Source of the DNA: an uncultured archaeon
Lineage (GTDB): Archaea; Asgardarchaeota; Heimdallarchaeia; Heimdallarchaeales; Heimdallarchaeaceae
Assembly: GCA_964534625.1 (NCBI GenBank)
Contig: CAZHRF010000030.1
Location: 1-40,845 of the forward strand
Reading direction: 5' to 3'
Length of the DNA: 40,845 nt
Below are positions 8,059-17,812 of the stretch, one piece after another (position 1 is the first letter of the stretch; every line of letters starts with the position of its first letter). Below the pieces are notes generated by a model, which saw only the letters and a list, made by a program, of their open reading frames with translations, was not told the origin of the DNA and did not search any database. Position numbers and translations under genes: made by a program.

Positions 8059-9081
8059 ATGAAAGTTTATACCTCATCTGGGATATACATTAAAAACGAT
8101 AAGCTATCAATTGCTTGTGATATTACGCGTTCTAAAAAGGTTCCTTTATTATTCATAAGCCATGCCCATAGTGATCATATTGCTCGACATATATTAAGTC
8201 CTGAAATCATTTGTTCTCCCATTACAGCTGCTCTTCTTCAATGTTTATCTACAGTTTCTCCCGAAACCACGTTCTATGAAAAAATAGAATTACCTAATGA
8301 CATACATCTTACACAAGCCCCAGCTGGTCATATTATTGGGAGTACAGCGTTAAAAATTCTAACACCAACCACAAAACTCATCTATACAGGTGATGTCTCT
8401 ATCAGAAAAAAAGGTTATATTGAACCTTTCTCTCCAGAAAAATGCGATACATTAATTTTGGATACAACATTTGGATCTCCCCAATATATTTTCCCTCCTT
8501 TAGAAAATGAATTAAAGATGGCGAGAGAGCAAATAAAAAAAGATTTAGAGGATGGTACTCCTGTTGTCTTAATGGGTTATGCACTAGGAAAATCTCAAAT
8601 TTTATATCACCACTATGCTGATTTATCAGATATATGCATATTGCAAGGATCCAATTATAAAATAAATTCTGTTCTTTGCAAGTGTGAAAACTCTTGCTTT
8701 ATTGATGGTATATCATATCAAGAAGCTAAAGAAAAAAAAATATTGGAAAAAAACAAAAATTGGATTTTCTTTGGCCCCTTAAAATCTGGTCGTAACCAAC
8801 TCTATGCGAAATTAAAACGAAATTATGGTGCAAAATTATATGCGTTTAGCGGTTGGGCTCGGAATAGTGGGTATAAATATAGAATGGCTGTGGATCATAG
8901 CTACATTATCTCTGATCATGCTGATTATAATGAACTATTGGATATCTGTTTTAGCTCCTCTCCTGAAAAAATATATACCATCTATGGTGCAAAAGAAGAA
9001 TTCGCAGGTATTTTGTGTAGAAAAGGATTTAATGCCACACCTTTAAGTAAACAGAAAACATTAGACACTTTTTTCAATTAA
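8059..9081 (+). CDS. MBL-fold beta-CASP nuclease (DNA ligase-associated/SNM1-like exonuclease type)
   Basis: SHAHSDH, AGHIIGS, YTGD, LDTTFG, YALGKSQ, FSGW, ISDHAD. Confidence 0.88.
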   Translation: MKVYTSSGIYIKNDKLSIACDITRSKKVPLLFISHAHSDHIARHILSPEIICSPITAALLQCLSTVSPETTFYEKIELPNDIHLTQAPAGHIIGSTALKILTPTTKLIYTGDVSIRKKGYIEPFSPEKCDTLILDTTFGSPQYIFPPLENELKMAREQIKKDLEDGTPVVLMGYALGKSQILYHHYADLSDICILQGSNYKINSVLCKCENSCFIDGISYQEAKEKKILEKNKNWIFFGPLKSGRNQLYAKLKRNYGAKLYAFSGWARNSGYKYRMAVDHSYIISDHADYNELLDICFSSSPEKIYTIYGAKEEFAGILCRKGFNATPLSKQKTLDTFFN

Positions 9082-9430
9082 CAATTAAGAAAGTATCTAC
9101 TGACTTCTTCTTATCCAAAATTTCTTGCTCATAGACTACTTCAATGGGTATGTTTCTATATGCCAAAAAATCTTTAGCATTTTCACTTATTGAACTACAT
9201 ATTAGAATTAGTTTCTTTAGATCTAATATTTCTAGAACTTGTTCAAGCTGAATGATTTTATTAGTAGGAAGAGTTCGTTTCCATATTAAGGACATAAAAC
9301 CAACTTGTTTATCCTCAACAAGTAAATTGAGATTATAGTTTTTTCTACCTAATCGAAATATTACATCTTCTCTAACCGAAATGTTTCGTTCATCTAACTC
9401 TTTTTTTATGATATTTTCGACCCTTGACAT
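9074..9430 (-). CDS. Small protein, probable inactive restriction-endonuclease-like (Mrr_cat/Rpb5-jaw-like) fold
   Basis: Alpha/beta pattern ending LILICSSISENAKDF..IPIEVV; lacks PD-(D/E)xK acidic residues. Confidence 0.5.
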   Translation of the reverse strand: MSRVENIIKKELDERNISVREDVIFRLGRKNYNLNLLVEDKQVGFMSLIWKRTLPTNKIIQLEQVLEILDLKKLILICSSISENAKDFLAYRNIPIEVVYEQEILDKKKSVDTFLIVN

Positions 9431-9559
9431 TTTCTTTTCAGTCAAAAAAGGTTTAATACCTTAAAAGACCAGATACTATGTATATATTTTCCTCAACGTA
9501 TCCAGAGCTATATAGTATCGACAAAAAAAGCCAGATATAATTCAAAGAGAGAAAATGGA

Positions 9560-12004
9560 TCAAGGATTAATATATTTCATTTCTTTTCTATTACTCCAGT
9601 AAATTGCGAACTTATCCATAAATGAAAGATGCTTTTTTAATATGAACTTGGGTATGTCGGCATATACTTCAATATAATCCACTTTATCTCTTTTTACCGT
9701 TTGTTCTTCTTCATCTTTTAGATATAGAATATGTTTATCGGAATAATTCAACAGCTCACAGTTTAAACCAACTTCCAATTCTTCTTTTGTATATATTATT
9801 ACAGATCTATTTTTCAAAAGTTCAAGTAATGAATTTTGTTGTTCTTTTCTTTTTTTATTTATCCTTAGAAAAACAGGTGAAAGTTCAGTTATTAGTTCAG
9901 ATAGTTTGAATGTTTCAGTTTTTTGCACAGAATCATTAAGAGTAAATTTCTGAATTTTAAAGGTGGTATTCTTAAGATCTTTACCCAATTCAATTTTATT
10001 AATTCTTACTGCTTTATCTATTCCATCATCATGAAAGAATACGTCTTTGCCTTCAAGATTCTTGAAATAGTTTAACTGTTTCCCTGTATAATATTCTTTG
10101 AATGTATCCTCTTTATCAGTATACTGAAAGGTGAATATAGGGGTTTTATTTTTTTCACTTTTTTCCCACCCTATCAATTTTCCTACTTGACCATTTTTTA
10201 GAATATATTTGTCTCCTAACTCACAAATATTCAAATTATAATCATTTAGAGGTAATTGGTCTATTTTTCCGTTGTTATCCAATATCAATACGAGAGGTTT
10301 ACATATTATATTTCCAATTTCTAATCCTTCAACTCTTCCTTCATATACAGTTTCAAATGTCTTATCATACGCTATAACATTCTTCCCTATGTATTCTTCG
10401 TAAAGTTCATCTATTTTTACTAATCCCAGAAATTTCTTTATACCTGTTTCACCATAATTTTCTGTATATCTATCTGAAATCATGTCACAAAATTTATCTC
10501 TTTTTTTTGTAAGTTTCTGTATTTGTTTATTTCGTATGAAATCAGGCAATATTAACCAATAGGGCAATAATGCACTCTTTACTGGTGAAATGTCCTCATC
10601 TATCATGGATATTATTCTAAACGTTGTTCTAGGGTGTGACATAAAAACATTCGAAAACATAGCCCATCTATTTGGTTTATACAATTGTTGATACAGACTA
10701 ATTGCAGCTTCACCCTGAAATCTCATTTTTTCTTGTTCAGAAAACTCTTTTCCAGTCAATAATTGAACATTCATCCCAAAATCTCCAGCTATTCCTTGAT
10801 AAAAACCTTCTAGCTTGTATAGAGCTTGTGCTAATGCATCACCATATCCTGCTTTTTTTGTTTGCAAATCAGCATCACCTTCTAAAATCCTTACAAAGAT
10901 TAATAGAAAGGCGATAATACCATAATTGATTAAGAAGTAACTAAGAAATGATACGGATAAATCCTTATAAGCTGCATAATCAAGCGTCGTGGCCGGAAGG
11001 AGGAGTGCTTTTTTTATAATCATTTCTAATGAAGCAATTATTTGTAACCAAATAATATGTCCTCGTGAGTTATGGGCTAGCTCATGTCCAACAATTCCTC
11101 GAATGTCAGCATCTGTAAAATCATTCAAGTCATTACAAATGAATGCCACTCTTTGATCAAAAAAAGGTCCAAACGCCATCGCATTTAAGATGGGAGCTTT
11201 TACATAGCCTACTTTAACTTTAGTTTTTATACCTAGTTGATTTCTAACTTCATCTACAATATTAAGAATTCTTTCATCCTCAACGGGTTTAATACCCAAT
11301 AAGGCATTAAGCAACCAACCGGATATGAAATAAATGAAAAAGGACAAAAGGATTAAAACCTCATATGTTCCAATTGTCGCAAATATTACTCTTTCCCTTA
11401 TTATATTTCCCTCGGGTAAGCTTAGATAATTCCAAGCTAGGTTAGTAAACTCTTCAAACATAGATGAAGCAGAATACAATACAGCATAAACCAAAGCAAA
11501 TAGAGTTAAGTACAATATTTGTGGAGACATTAATCTACTAACTAAAACGAATTTTTTACCAAAAAATATTATGGCTAAAATTATGAAAACATAAAACATG
11601 AGATTATATGCCCAACCCGTAAAACGTTCTTCATTAAACACTTTTGCTAATATCGTACCTACAAGAAAAACAAAGTAGGTTATAAGTGACGTAATCATCA
11701 ATTCCCGCCAAACAGGGGATTCTCTTAATTCGTATGTTTCATATGCTGCCAAAACAAACATCACTATTGCTATTCCCATTAACCAATCTTGTAATAAAAC
11801 TAATACTAATCCAAACGTTAGACCGATTAAAGATAAAACAATGTTTTCAGTTGCTGTACCATGCTTGATCTTTGTTATAACTTCGGATATTAATAGAATT
11901 AAACCAATTGCTGCAATTATCAAACCCACTGAAATAGTAGCATAATTTTTTGCAAACTCAATTATAGTTGATAGAAATTCGACAATAGACATGTTATCAA
12001 ACAA
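9560..12004 (-). CDS. M48 (HtpX/Ste24-like) membrane zinc protease with long C-terminal beta-rich extension
   Basis: Multiple TMs, LNAMAFG, GHELAH, EGDAD, ALYKL, SHP..TFRI. Confidence 0.85.
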   Translation of the reverse strand: MFDNMSIVEFLSTIIEFAKNYATISVGLIIAAIGLILLISEVITKIKHGTATENIVLSLIGLTFGLVLVLLQDWLMGIAIVMFVLAAYETYELRESPVWRELMITSLITYFVFLVGTILAKVFNEERFTGWAYNLMFYVFIILAIIFFGKKFVLVSRLMSPQILYLTLFALVYAVLYSASSMFEEFTNLAWNYLSLPEGNIIRERVIFATIGTYEVLILLSFFIYFISGWLLNALLGIKPVEDERILNIVDEVRNQLGIKTKVKVGYVKAPILNAMAFGPFFDQRVAFICNDLNDFTDADIRGIVGHELAHNSRGHIIWLQIIASLEMIIKKALLLPATTLDYAAYKDLSVSFLSYFLINYGIIAFLLIFVRILEGDADLQTKKAGYGDALAQALYKLEGFYQGIAGDFGMNVQLLTGKEFSEQEKMRFQGEAAISLYQQLYKPNRWAMFSNVFMSHPRTTFRIISMIDEDISPVKSALLPYWLILPDFIRNKQIQKLTKKRDKFCDMISDRYTENYGETGIKKFLGLVKIDELYEEYIGKNVIAYDKTFETVYEGRVEGLEIGNIICKPLVLILDNNGKIDQLPLNDYNLNICELGDKYILKNGQVGKLIGWEKSEKNKTPIFTFQYTDKEDTFKEYYTGKQLNYFKNLEGKDVFFHDDGIDKAVRINKIELGKDLKNTTFKIQKFTLNDSVQKTETFKLSELITELSPVFLRINKKRKEQQNSLLELLKNRSVIIYTKEELEVGLNCELLNYSDKHILYLKDEEEQTVKRDKVDYIEVYADIPKFILKKHLSFMDKFAIYWSNRKEMKYINP

Positions 12005-12140
12005 GAAATAAATGACCTATTTTTTAATGTTTCATTGTGTCCGTAAATTTGATTTTATTTTAATGTAAAAAGTGACTAAAAATATCACTAAAAGAGATTA
12101 TAACTAGATTAATTCATTGCATACACGAAAAAACACGCAG

Positions 12141-13124
12141 TTAAGGAAAACCAAAAAGTTCAGCTGATACTATATCAAGTTTTTCTTCTCCATAGTCTTT
12201 AATCATTGTTCCAAAGAATATAAATCTATTCAAAGCAACTGAAAATAAACCAAAAACTACTGAAAAAACAGACCAGAATTTGTTTAAATAACACATTAAA
12301 ATCAAGCTAAAACTTCCAATGAGTAGGAGAATAAAACTAGAATAGATCAATGGTTTATACTTACTTAATACATTAAGTAGATCTCGAGTCTCTGGTGATT
12401 CTATACTAAAATAACGCATTTTAAAAAAATACAATGGAATAATAAGAAAACTAGCTATAAATATGCTAAAATTTAGTGAAAGTATGGATAAACCAGATAA
12501 GTTTTCATTCGACAATAATGCCATTAAACCATCATATATCATACCACCCCCAACATAAGCTAAAAATAGGGTTTCTCCAATATTCACTTTGGAATTCCAA
12601 GCAGGAATAATAGCATGGTAGCCTGTTCTAGCAAAAATTATTGTTGAATGAATTGAGAGTAGTAAAGCTAAAAGACCAAAAATGGCAGTGAAGACATCAC
12701 CTATTGTTTTAATTGATGGAAACAATACAGGAAATATTTCGGAATTCCCAACTATAGATAAGTTTTCACCCCATAATAATGGATGTTGCTTATTTTTTAA
12801 CCAACCAAAACTTGAAAAAAGTAACTGAAATAAATGGAAAAGAGAAAATGAAACCATAGATTTTTCAAAATAAAAACTATCAAGGTAATTAAACTTTAAT
12901 TTTTTATAAATAATTATATCACTAAAAACAGTACATAATCCCAATAATAAGTTAAGCAATATGATCCATAGGTTAATCTTACCAAATATTGTGAACCATA
13001 AATATGTAATTAAGAAACCACCCGCAAGGAAATACCGACCAATGGATGAAACATTTAAAGGAAAATTTTCTTTATATTTCTTCCATATTACTTTCCATTT
13101 TTTCAAATGAGTGGAATTTGACAT
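12141..13124 (-). CDS. Polytopic membrane protein, possibly DmsC/NrfD-like anchor
   Basis: About 8 TM segments; IIPAWNS and C-terminal NRFIFF resemble DmsC motifs. Confidence 0.45.
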   Translation of the reverse strand: MSNSTHLKKWKVIWKKYKENFPLNVSSIGRYFLAGGFLITYLWFTIFGKINLWIILLNLLLGLCTVFSDIIIYKKLKFNYLDSFYFEKSMVSFSLFHLFQLLFSSFGWLKNKQHPLLWGENLSIVGNSEIFPVLFPSIKTIGDVFTAIFGLLALLLSIHSTIIFARTGYHAIIPAWNSKVNIGETLFLAYVGGGMIYDGLMALLSNENLSGLSILSLNFSIFIASFLIIPLYFFKMRYFSIESPETRDLLNVLSKYKPLIYSSFILLLIGSFSLILMCYLNKFWSVFSVVFGLFSVALNRFIFFGTMIKDYGEEKLDIVSAELFGFP

Positions 13125-13379
13125 AATGGTTTACATCCTACAAGCATGGGTTAGGAGCTTAATTAATTTTCATAGATAAAACACCTATAAACCTTACTTT
13201 TTGGTTAAAATACATATACAACAGACATTCATAAGTCTTCCCATAAGCTATGAACATATAAACGACATGTGAGAATACATTCTCGCTTTTTGTCCATCAA
13301 CAAGGGAGAAAGATTATAAACAAATAATTTATGAAACACAAAAGATAAGAAATTGAAATAGAAAAGTAGAGTGAAAGAA

Positions 13380-14084
13380 ATGTCTGATGTAAAAATTGAT
13401 ATTGATGTTTTACTAAAAGAGGCAAACGCCAATTATTCCACAAAGAGATATAGAGATGCTGCTAGAACATTCGAGCATCTAATAACATTAGCCATAAAAA
13501 ACAATGATCCTGAAGAAGCAATTTATTATGGGTACCGAGCTACGGATTGTTGGAGAAAAGCAGGAAAAGAAATACAAAGAATCAATAGTTTCAAGCATTT
13601 AGGGATCTTAGCTTTAAAATTCTCTTCTAAACTTGCTGAAGATTATAGTAATAAAACCAAAGATCTCAGAGAAAAAGCTAATGTAATATCTATAGCTGGT
13701 GAATGTGCAGCATTAAGAGAGAAGGACAAATCAAACGCTTTGTTTGAAGAAAGTATAAAAATCTATAATAAACTTATTAAATCAGCCAAAGATGAAAAAA
13801 CAAAAAAATCATTGCTTGAAGAACAACTTCGAGTTGTCAATCTGATGGGAAATGAGAATGATATCAAAAAATATTCAACACAAATAGTTGAATTGTATAT
13901 CACCATCGCAGATAGAGAATCTAAAAAAGGTGATCCATCCTCCTTACAAGAAGCCCTAAGAGATTATGAAGATGCACTATCTATCTGTGAAGATATTCAA
14001 TTAAAAGAGAAGATTTCAAAATTAAAGAACAAAATAGAAACAATCAGGGAAGAATTAGGTAATTATGACCCATTTGCAACATAA
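13380..14084 (+). CDS. TPR-like helical repeat protein
   Basis: All-helical with repeats such as YRDAARTFEH, PEEAIYYGYRA, LQEALRDYEDAL. Confidence 0.65.
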   Translation: MSDVKIDIDVLLKEANANYSTKRYRDAARTFEHLITLAIKNNDPEEAIYYGYRATDCWRKAGKEIQRINSFKHLGILALKFSSKLAEDYSNKTKDLREKANVISIAGECAALREKDKSNALFEESIKIYNKLIKSAKDEKTKKSLLEEQLRVVNLMGNENDIKKYSTQIVELYITIADRESKKGDPSSLQEALRDYEDALSICEDIQLKEKISKLKNKIETIREELGNYDPFAT

Positions 14085-14131
14085 AAAGCAAAATCATAAA
14101 AATTAAATAGAAAAGGTAAATGGGAACATAG

Positions 14132-14222
14132 GGTCTTGTAGCTCAGATGGATAGAGCGTTTGCCTCCTAAATTCCCTGGAGATAGCAAATGGTCGGGCGT
14201 TCAAATCGCCCCAAGACCGCCA
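14132..14222 (+). tRNA. tRNA-Arg(CCT) with 14-nt intron at 37/38 (14170-14183), encoded CCA
   Basis: GGTCTTG/CAAGACC acceptor stem, TTTGC/GCAAA anticodon stem, GGGCG-TTCAAAT-CGCCC; BHB helix CUCC/GGAG. Confidence 0.94.
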
Positions 14223-14249
14223 TTTCTTTGATAAAGGGAGAAAAAAACC

Positions 14250-14783
14250 ATGAAATGTAATAAAAAACTTTTACCTATTTATGTATGTAATTTCCACACA
14301 TGTAATCCAAAACTATGTACTGCGGTAAGAATGATAAAATTCAACAAAGCATATAAAATACCAATTCATCAAATTAGACAAAACCATATTATTTTAACTC
14401 CTTTTTCAAAGATAGCACTTTCTCCTTCTGATAAACAAAAAGTACAACAATATGGACTAGTTGGAGTGGATTGTTCATGGAACGATATTCAAGGAGGAAA
14501 AGAAGCACTCAACAAAGGGATTGGCAGGGCTTTACCTTATTTGGTTGCAGCTAATCCAAATAATTATGGAAAACCAACAAAATTGAGTACAGTAGAAGCG
14601 ATAGCGGCTGCAGTATATATTTTAGGATATGAAGAACAAGCTGAAAATATCCTAAGTATTTTTAAGTGGGGTAAAGAATTTTTAAAAATAAATAGAAGAT
14701 ATTTGGATAAGTATAAACGGGCAAAAAATAGTACTGAAGTAGTAAAAATTCAAAATATCTTCCTCAGTAAGTTATCCGATTAG
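14250..14783 (+). CDS. tsr3: SSU rRNA aminocarboxypropyltransferase Tsr3
   Basis: CNPKLCT, LSPSD, VDCSW, RALPYLVAANPNNYGKPTKLSTVEA, FKWGKEF. Confidence 0.95.
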   Translation: MKCNKKLLPIYVCNFHTCNPKLCTAVRMIKFNKAYKIPIHQIRQNHIILTPFSKIALSPSDKQKVQQYGLVGVDCSWNDIQGGKEALNKGIGRALPYLVAANPNNYGKPTKLSTVEAIAAAVYILGYEEQAENILSIFKWGKEFLKINRRYLDKYKRAKNSTEVVKIQNIFLSKLSD

Positions 14784-14843
14784 TTGAGATTTTAATATAT
14801 CAAAACGTATTTTAATATATAGGCTTAGAAACTCCAGATATCA

Positions 14844-15968
14844 ATGAAAGTAGGTATATGTTGTTTTCCTAAAGTTGGCGGAAGTGGAATTGCCGCCTCA
14901 CAGTTAGCTTTGGGGCTTGCACAGAAAGGTCACAAAGTCAATGTTATTAGCTATGACACACCCTTTTTATTAAAAACCACACGTCATCCAAATATTACGC
15001 TAACACTTGTCGATATACTGTCTTATCCACTTTTTAAGGACATAGGTGCTCCCTATACGATCCTTTGCGCATCTAAAATGATTAATACGATTAAAGAAGA
15101 AGGATTAGACATCATTAATGTACATTATTCAATACCTACTGCGGTATCTGCTTATTTAGCCAAATCTTTCTGTGATATCCCAATTGCTATCACACCACAT
15201 GGTTCTGATATACACATACTTGGTATTGATCCTGCCTATAATCCTGTTATTTCTGAGGTTCTAAAACATGCTGACGGAGTCTCAACTGTTTCCAATTATA
15301 TGAAGCGAGAAATAGAAGAAAAGTTTACAAATGAAATACCAATTAGAGTTATTTATAACGCTATTGACACAGAGCGTTTTAAAAGAACCGATTTTAAAAT
15401 TTGTGATTTTAGGATGACACAAGAAAAGTATTTACTGCATGTATCAAACTTCCGACCCGTTAAGAATGGGCCATTTATCGTCGAATGTTTTGCTGAAGTT
15501 TTAAAAGAATATCCTAATACAGGCTTAATAATGATAGGTGAAGGGCCAGAGAGAAAGAAATGCGCGGAACTAGCGCGAGAACTAGATATTCAAGACAATG
15601 TCCTTTTCCAAGGAGTTCGTATTGTTCTTTCGCCTATTTACACTTGTAGCTCAGCACTATTATCTGCTAGTTCTAATGAAAGTTTTGGTTTAACTCTGGC
15701 TGAAGCAATGGCTTGTGAAACCCCAGTAATCGCACCAAACGTAGGGGGGATTCCCGAAGTTGTAGATCATGGAAAATCAGGTTTCATATATGAACCGAAT
15801 AATAAAGAACAATTCATCAAGTATATATGCCAAATACTAGAAGATAGTCAATTAGAAAAAAGACTCGGAAGAAACGGTAGGCAACGGGTAAAAAAGCATT
15901 TTAATTTAGATAAAATAACTGATCAATATTTAGACTGGTTCCAAGAAACAATAAATAGGAGTAAATAA
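14844..15968 (+). CDS. bshA: N-acetyl-alpha-D-glucosaminyl L-malate synthase (GT4)
   Basis: KVGICCFPKVGGSG, YPLF, VHYSIP, HGSDI, HVSNFRPVK, ESFGL..AEAMAC closely follow BshA; adjacent to bshC. Confidence 0.87.
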   Translation: MKVGICCFPKVGGSGIAASQLALGLAQKGHKVNVISYDTPFLLKTTRHPNITLTLVDILSYPLFKDIGAPYTILCASKMINTIKEEGLDIINVHYSIPTAVSAYLAKSFCDIPIAITPHGSDIHILGIDPAYNPVISEVLKHADGVSTVSNYMKREIEEKFTNEIPIRVIYNAIDTERFKRTDFKICDFRMTQEKYLLHVSNFRPVKNGPFIVECFAEVLKEYPNTGLIMIGEGPERKKCAELARELDIQDNVLFQGVRIVLSPIYTCSSALLSASSNESFGLTLAEAMACETPVIAPNVGGIPEVVDHGKSGFIYEPNNKEQFIKYICQILEDSQLEKRLGRNGRQRVKKHFNLDKITDQYLDWFQETINRSK

Positions 15969-15976
15969 GTATGAAA

Positions 15977-17608
15977 CTACAAACGAATATTAAGATAACT
16001 CATTCCACCGATAGGTAAATTCTCTGAATAAGCCCGGTAATACTCCTCCAAGAACGAATATAATCCAGTTACACTCGCCATTACAAGCCATGACCAACTC
16101 ACTTCTTGCTTGTTATGATTTTCATCATACATACCAAATTGCCAAGACTTATATCTGGCGAGTTTGCTTATAGGATCACACTCTGTTTCTTTCAGTTTTT
16201 GAATAGTGTTTGATATTTGGGTCATTATTTCTTTTGAACTTTCTAATAAACCTTCTTTATCTTGTTTTCTCTTCGCTTTTCCTATCTTCCCTAGAGATCT
16301 AAAGAAAGATCCATTAAACAACGATAGATTACCAATTTCTTTGGATTTCGCTAAATCTTCTATCCACGGAGAATTATAAAAAAGGCGTGTATATTTTACA
16401 TGTATCGGGGTGTTTATCCCAATTTTTCTAATTGCGGGGAGAACTTGTGCATAATAATTTATTTCACCGGGACCAGATACCCTTATTTTGACCGGAATAA
16501 TTGAATTAACTATAGCTTGATTGGAATCCAGACGGGGAGATATCGAATTTCCAATATCATTTAGGTCTATATTATCCAAGTCGTAATCAAAAATATACTT
16601 TTCTTTACAAATGGAACATTTGCCACTCAGAGTGATATTTTCACCATTTTTTCTATAAGAGAGAGATAAGCGATTTTTATCATTCTTACACTCATAAAAG
16701 AAAGGAACAAAATCTGTCTTTTTCTTTCTTGTAGTAGGAGCCAATTCCATTTTTAATATTTTTTCTGTTGCATTATTAAACTCGTCAATATATGTATCAC
16801 GTTTAATTAAAAAGGGTTTATAGCCATCTACCATTAGTTGTCTCAGTTCGGGATGGGACGAAGGAAAGAAAACAATCCCCCAGTCGTTAATAATATTCGC
16901 TTGAACACCATAAATAAGAGTCACCCATTCTCCTAGATCTTTTGAGTTGCGATATGTTTCTCTAAGGAAAGTTAACAAATGCATGACTTTTTCATTAAAC
17001 AATTTTTGATTATTACTATTACCTATTGATGATCTGAATTCATTGAAGATGTTTTTCATTACAGAAAGTTGACTCTCAAGCCAATCAAATTGATCAGTTT
17101 CAATTACAACAGAAGACAAACCATCTTCATACTTTTCGAGTTTTATTGGTTTATTGATTGCTGATTGATAATTTGGTAGATGAATTGTCGAAATTTCAGG
17201 TTGTATGCTATCATGTGCACTTACAAAAAAAAAGGGTATAAGATTATGAACATTTGAACGTTTAGTACTTATATCAGCTAATTTGTATGCACATGCTATT
17301 TTATTATAAATAAGACCCACACCACCAAAAATCGTAGATTGTTGACCAGCCATTACAACTCCATTTTCTAAAGATTCAATGTTTTTTTGGACTTTTGGAG
17401 TTAGAATACCTAGTCTCTGATGATATTCCTTCAATATTTTTTTTGCTTTAGATAGTTTGGAATGGTTAATGGTGGACGGTGGTAGGGACATTGCCATATC
17501 TATAGCATCACCATATGTTTTCGGGATATACTTATAAAAATATTCAAGATTGGGAAAAGGTTCATCATGCCAAACATAAGACTCGTAAAGTTCACCTATT
17601 TTGTTCAT
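15977..17608 (-). CDS. bshC: Bacillithiol biosynthesis cysteine-adding enzyme
   Basis: VMAGQQ..FGG..YNK, FFVSAHD..EI, PFFYE and SGPGEINYYAQ match BshC motifs; 543 aa. Confidence 0.82.
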   Translation of the reverse strand: MNKIGELYESYVWHDEPFPNLEYFYKYIPKTYGDAIDMAMSLPPSTINHSKLSKAKKILKEYHQRLGILTPKVQKNIESLENGVVMAGQQSTIFGGVGLIYNKIACAYKLADISTKRSNVHNLIPFFFVSAHDSIQPEISTIHLPNYQSAINKPIKLEKYEDGLSSVVIETDQFDWLESQLSVMKNIFNEFRSSIGNSNNQKLFNEKVMHLLTFLRETYRNSKDLGEWVTLIYGVQANIINDWGIVFFPSSHPELRQLMVDGYKPFLIKRDTYIDEFNNATEKILKMELAPTTRKKKTDFVPFFYECKNDKNRLSLSYRKNGENITLSGKCSICKEKYIFDYDLDNIDLNDIGNSISPRLDSNQAIVNSIIPVKIRVSGPGEINYYAQVLPAIRKIGINTPIHVKYTRLFYNSPWIEDLAKSKEIGNLSLFNGSFFRSLGKIGKAKRKQDKEGLLESSKEIMTQISNTIQKLKETECDPISKLARYKSWQFGMYDENHNKQEVSWSWLVMASVTGLYSFLEEYYRAYSENLPIGGMSYLNIRL

Positions 17609-17812
17609 AAGACTAATTGGACATTATGTTCTTAATTTTTATCGTATTTCAATAATAAAGTCTAATGAATAAATCGATAAATTTCAACAACAATTCATTT
17701 AAACTTTTTGAATAATTTAAATCCGAAGTTGCAAAAAAGTTTTAAAGGAGCATTCAATTATCACAACAAGAAAAACTAAGATACTGATTAATAAATATAT
17801 GGTGAATAAAAG

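Noticed and set aside
13229-13432. 67 aa ORF and other short antisense ORFs in the track
   Set aside because: They are shadows of well-supported genes on the opposite strand or frame, with no motifs
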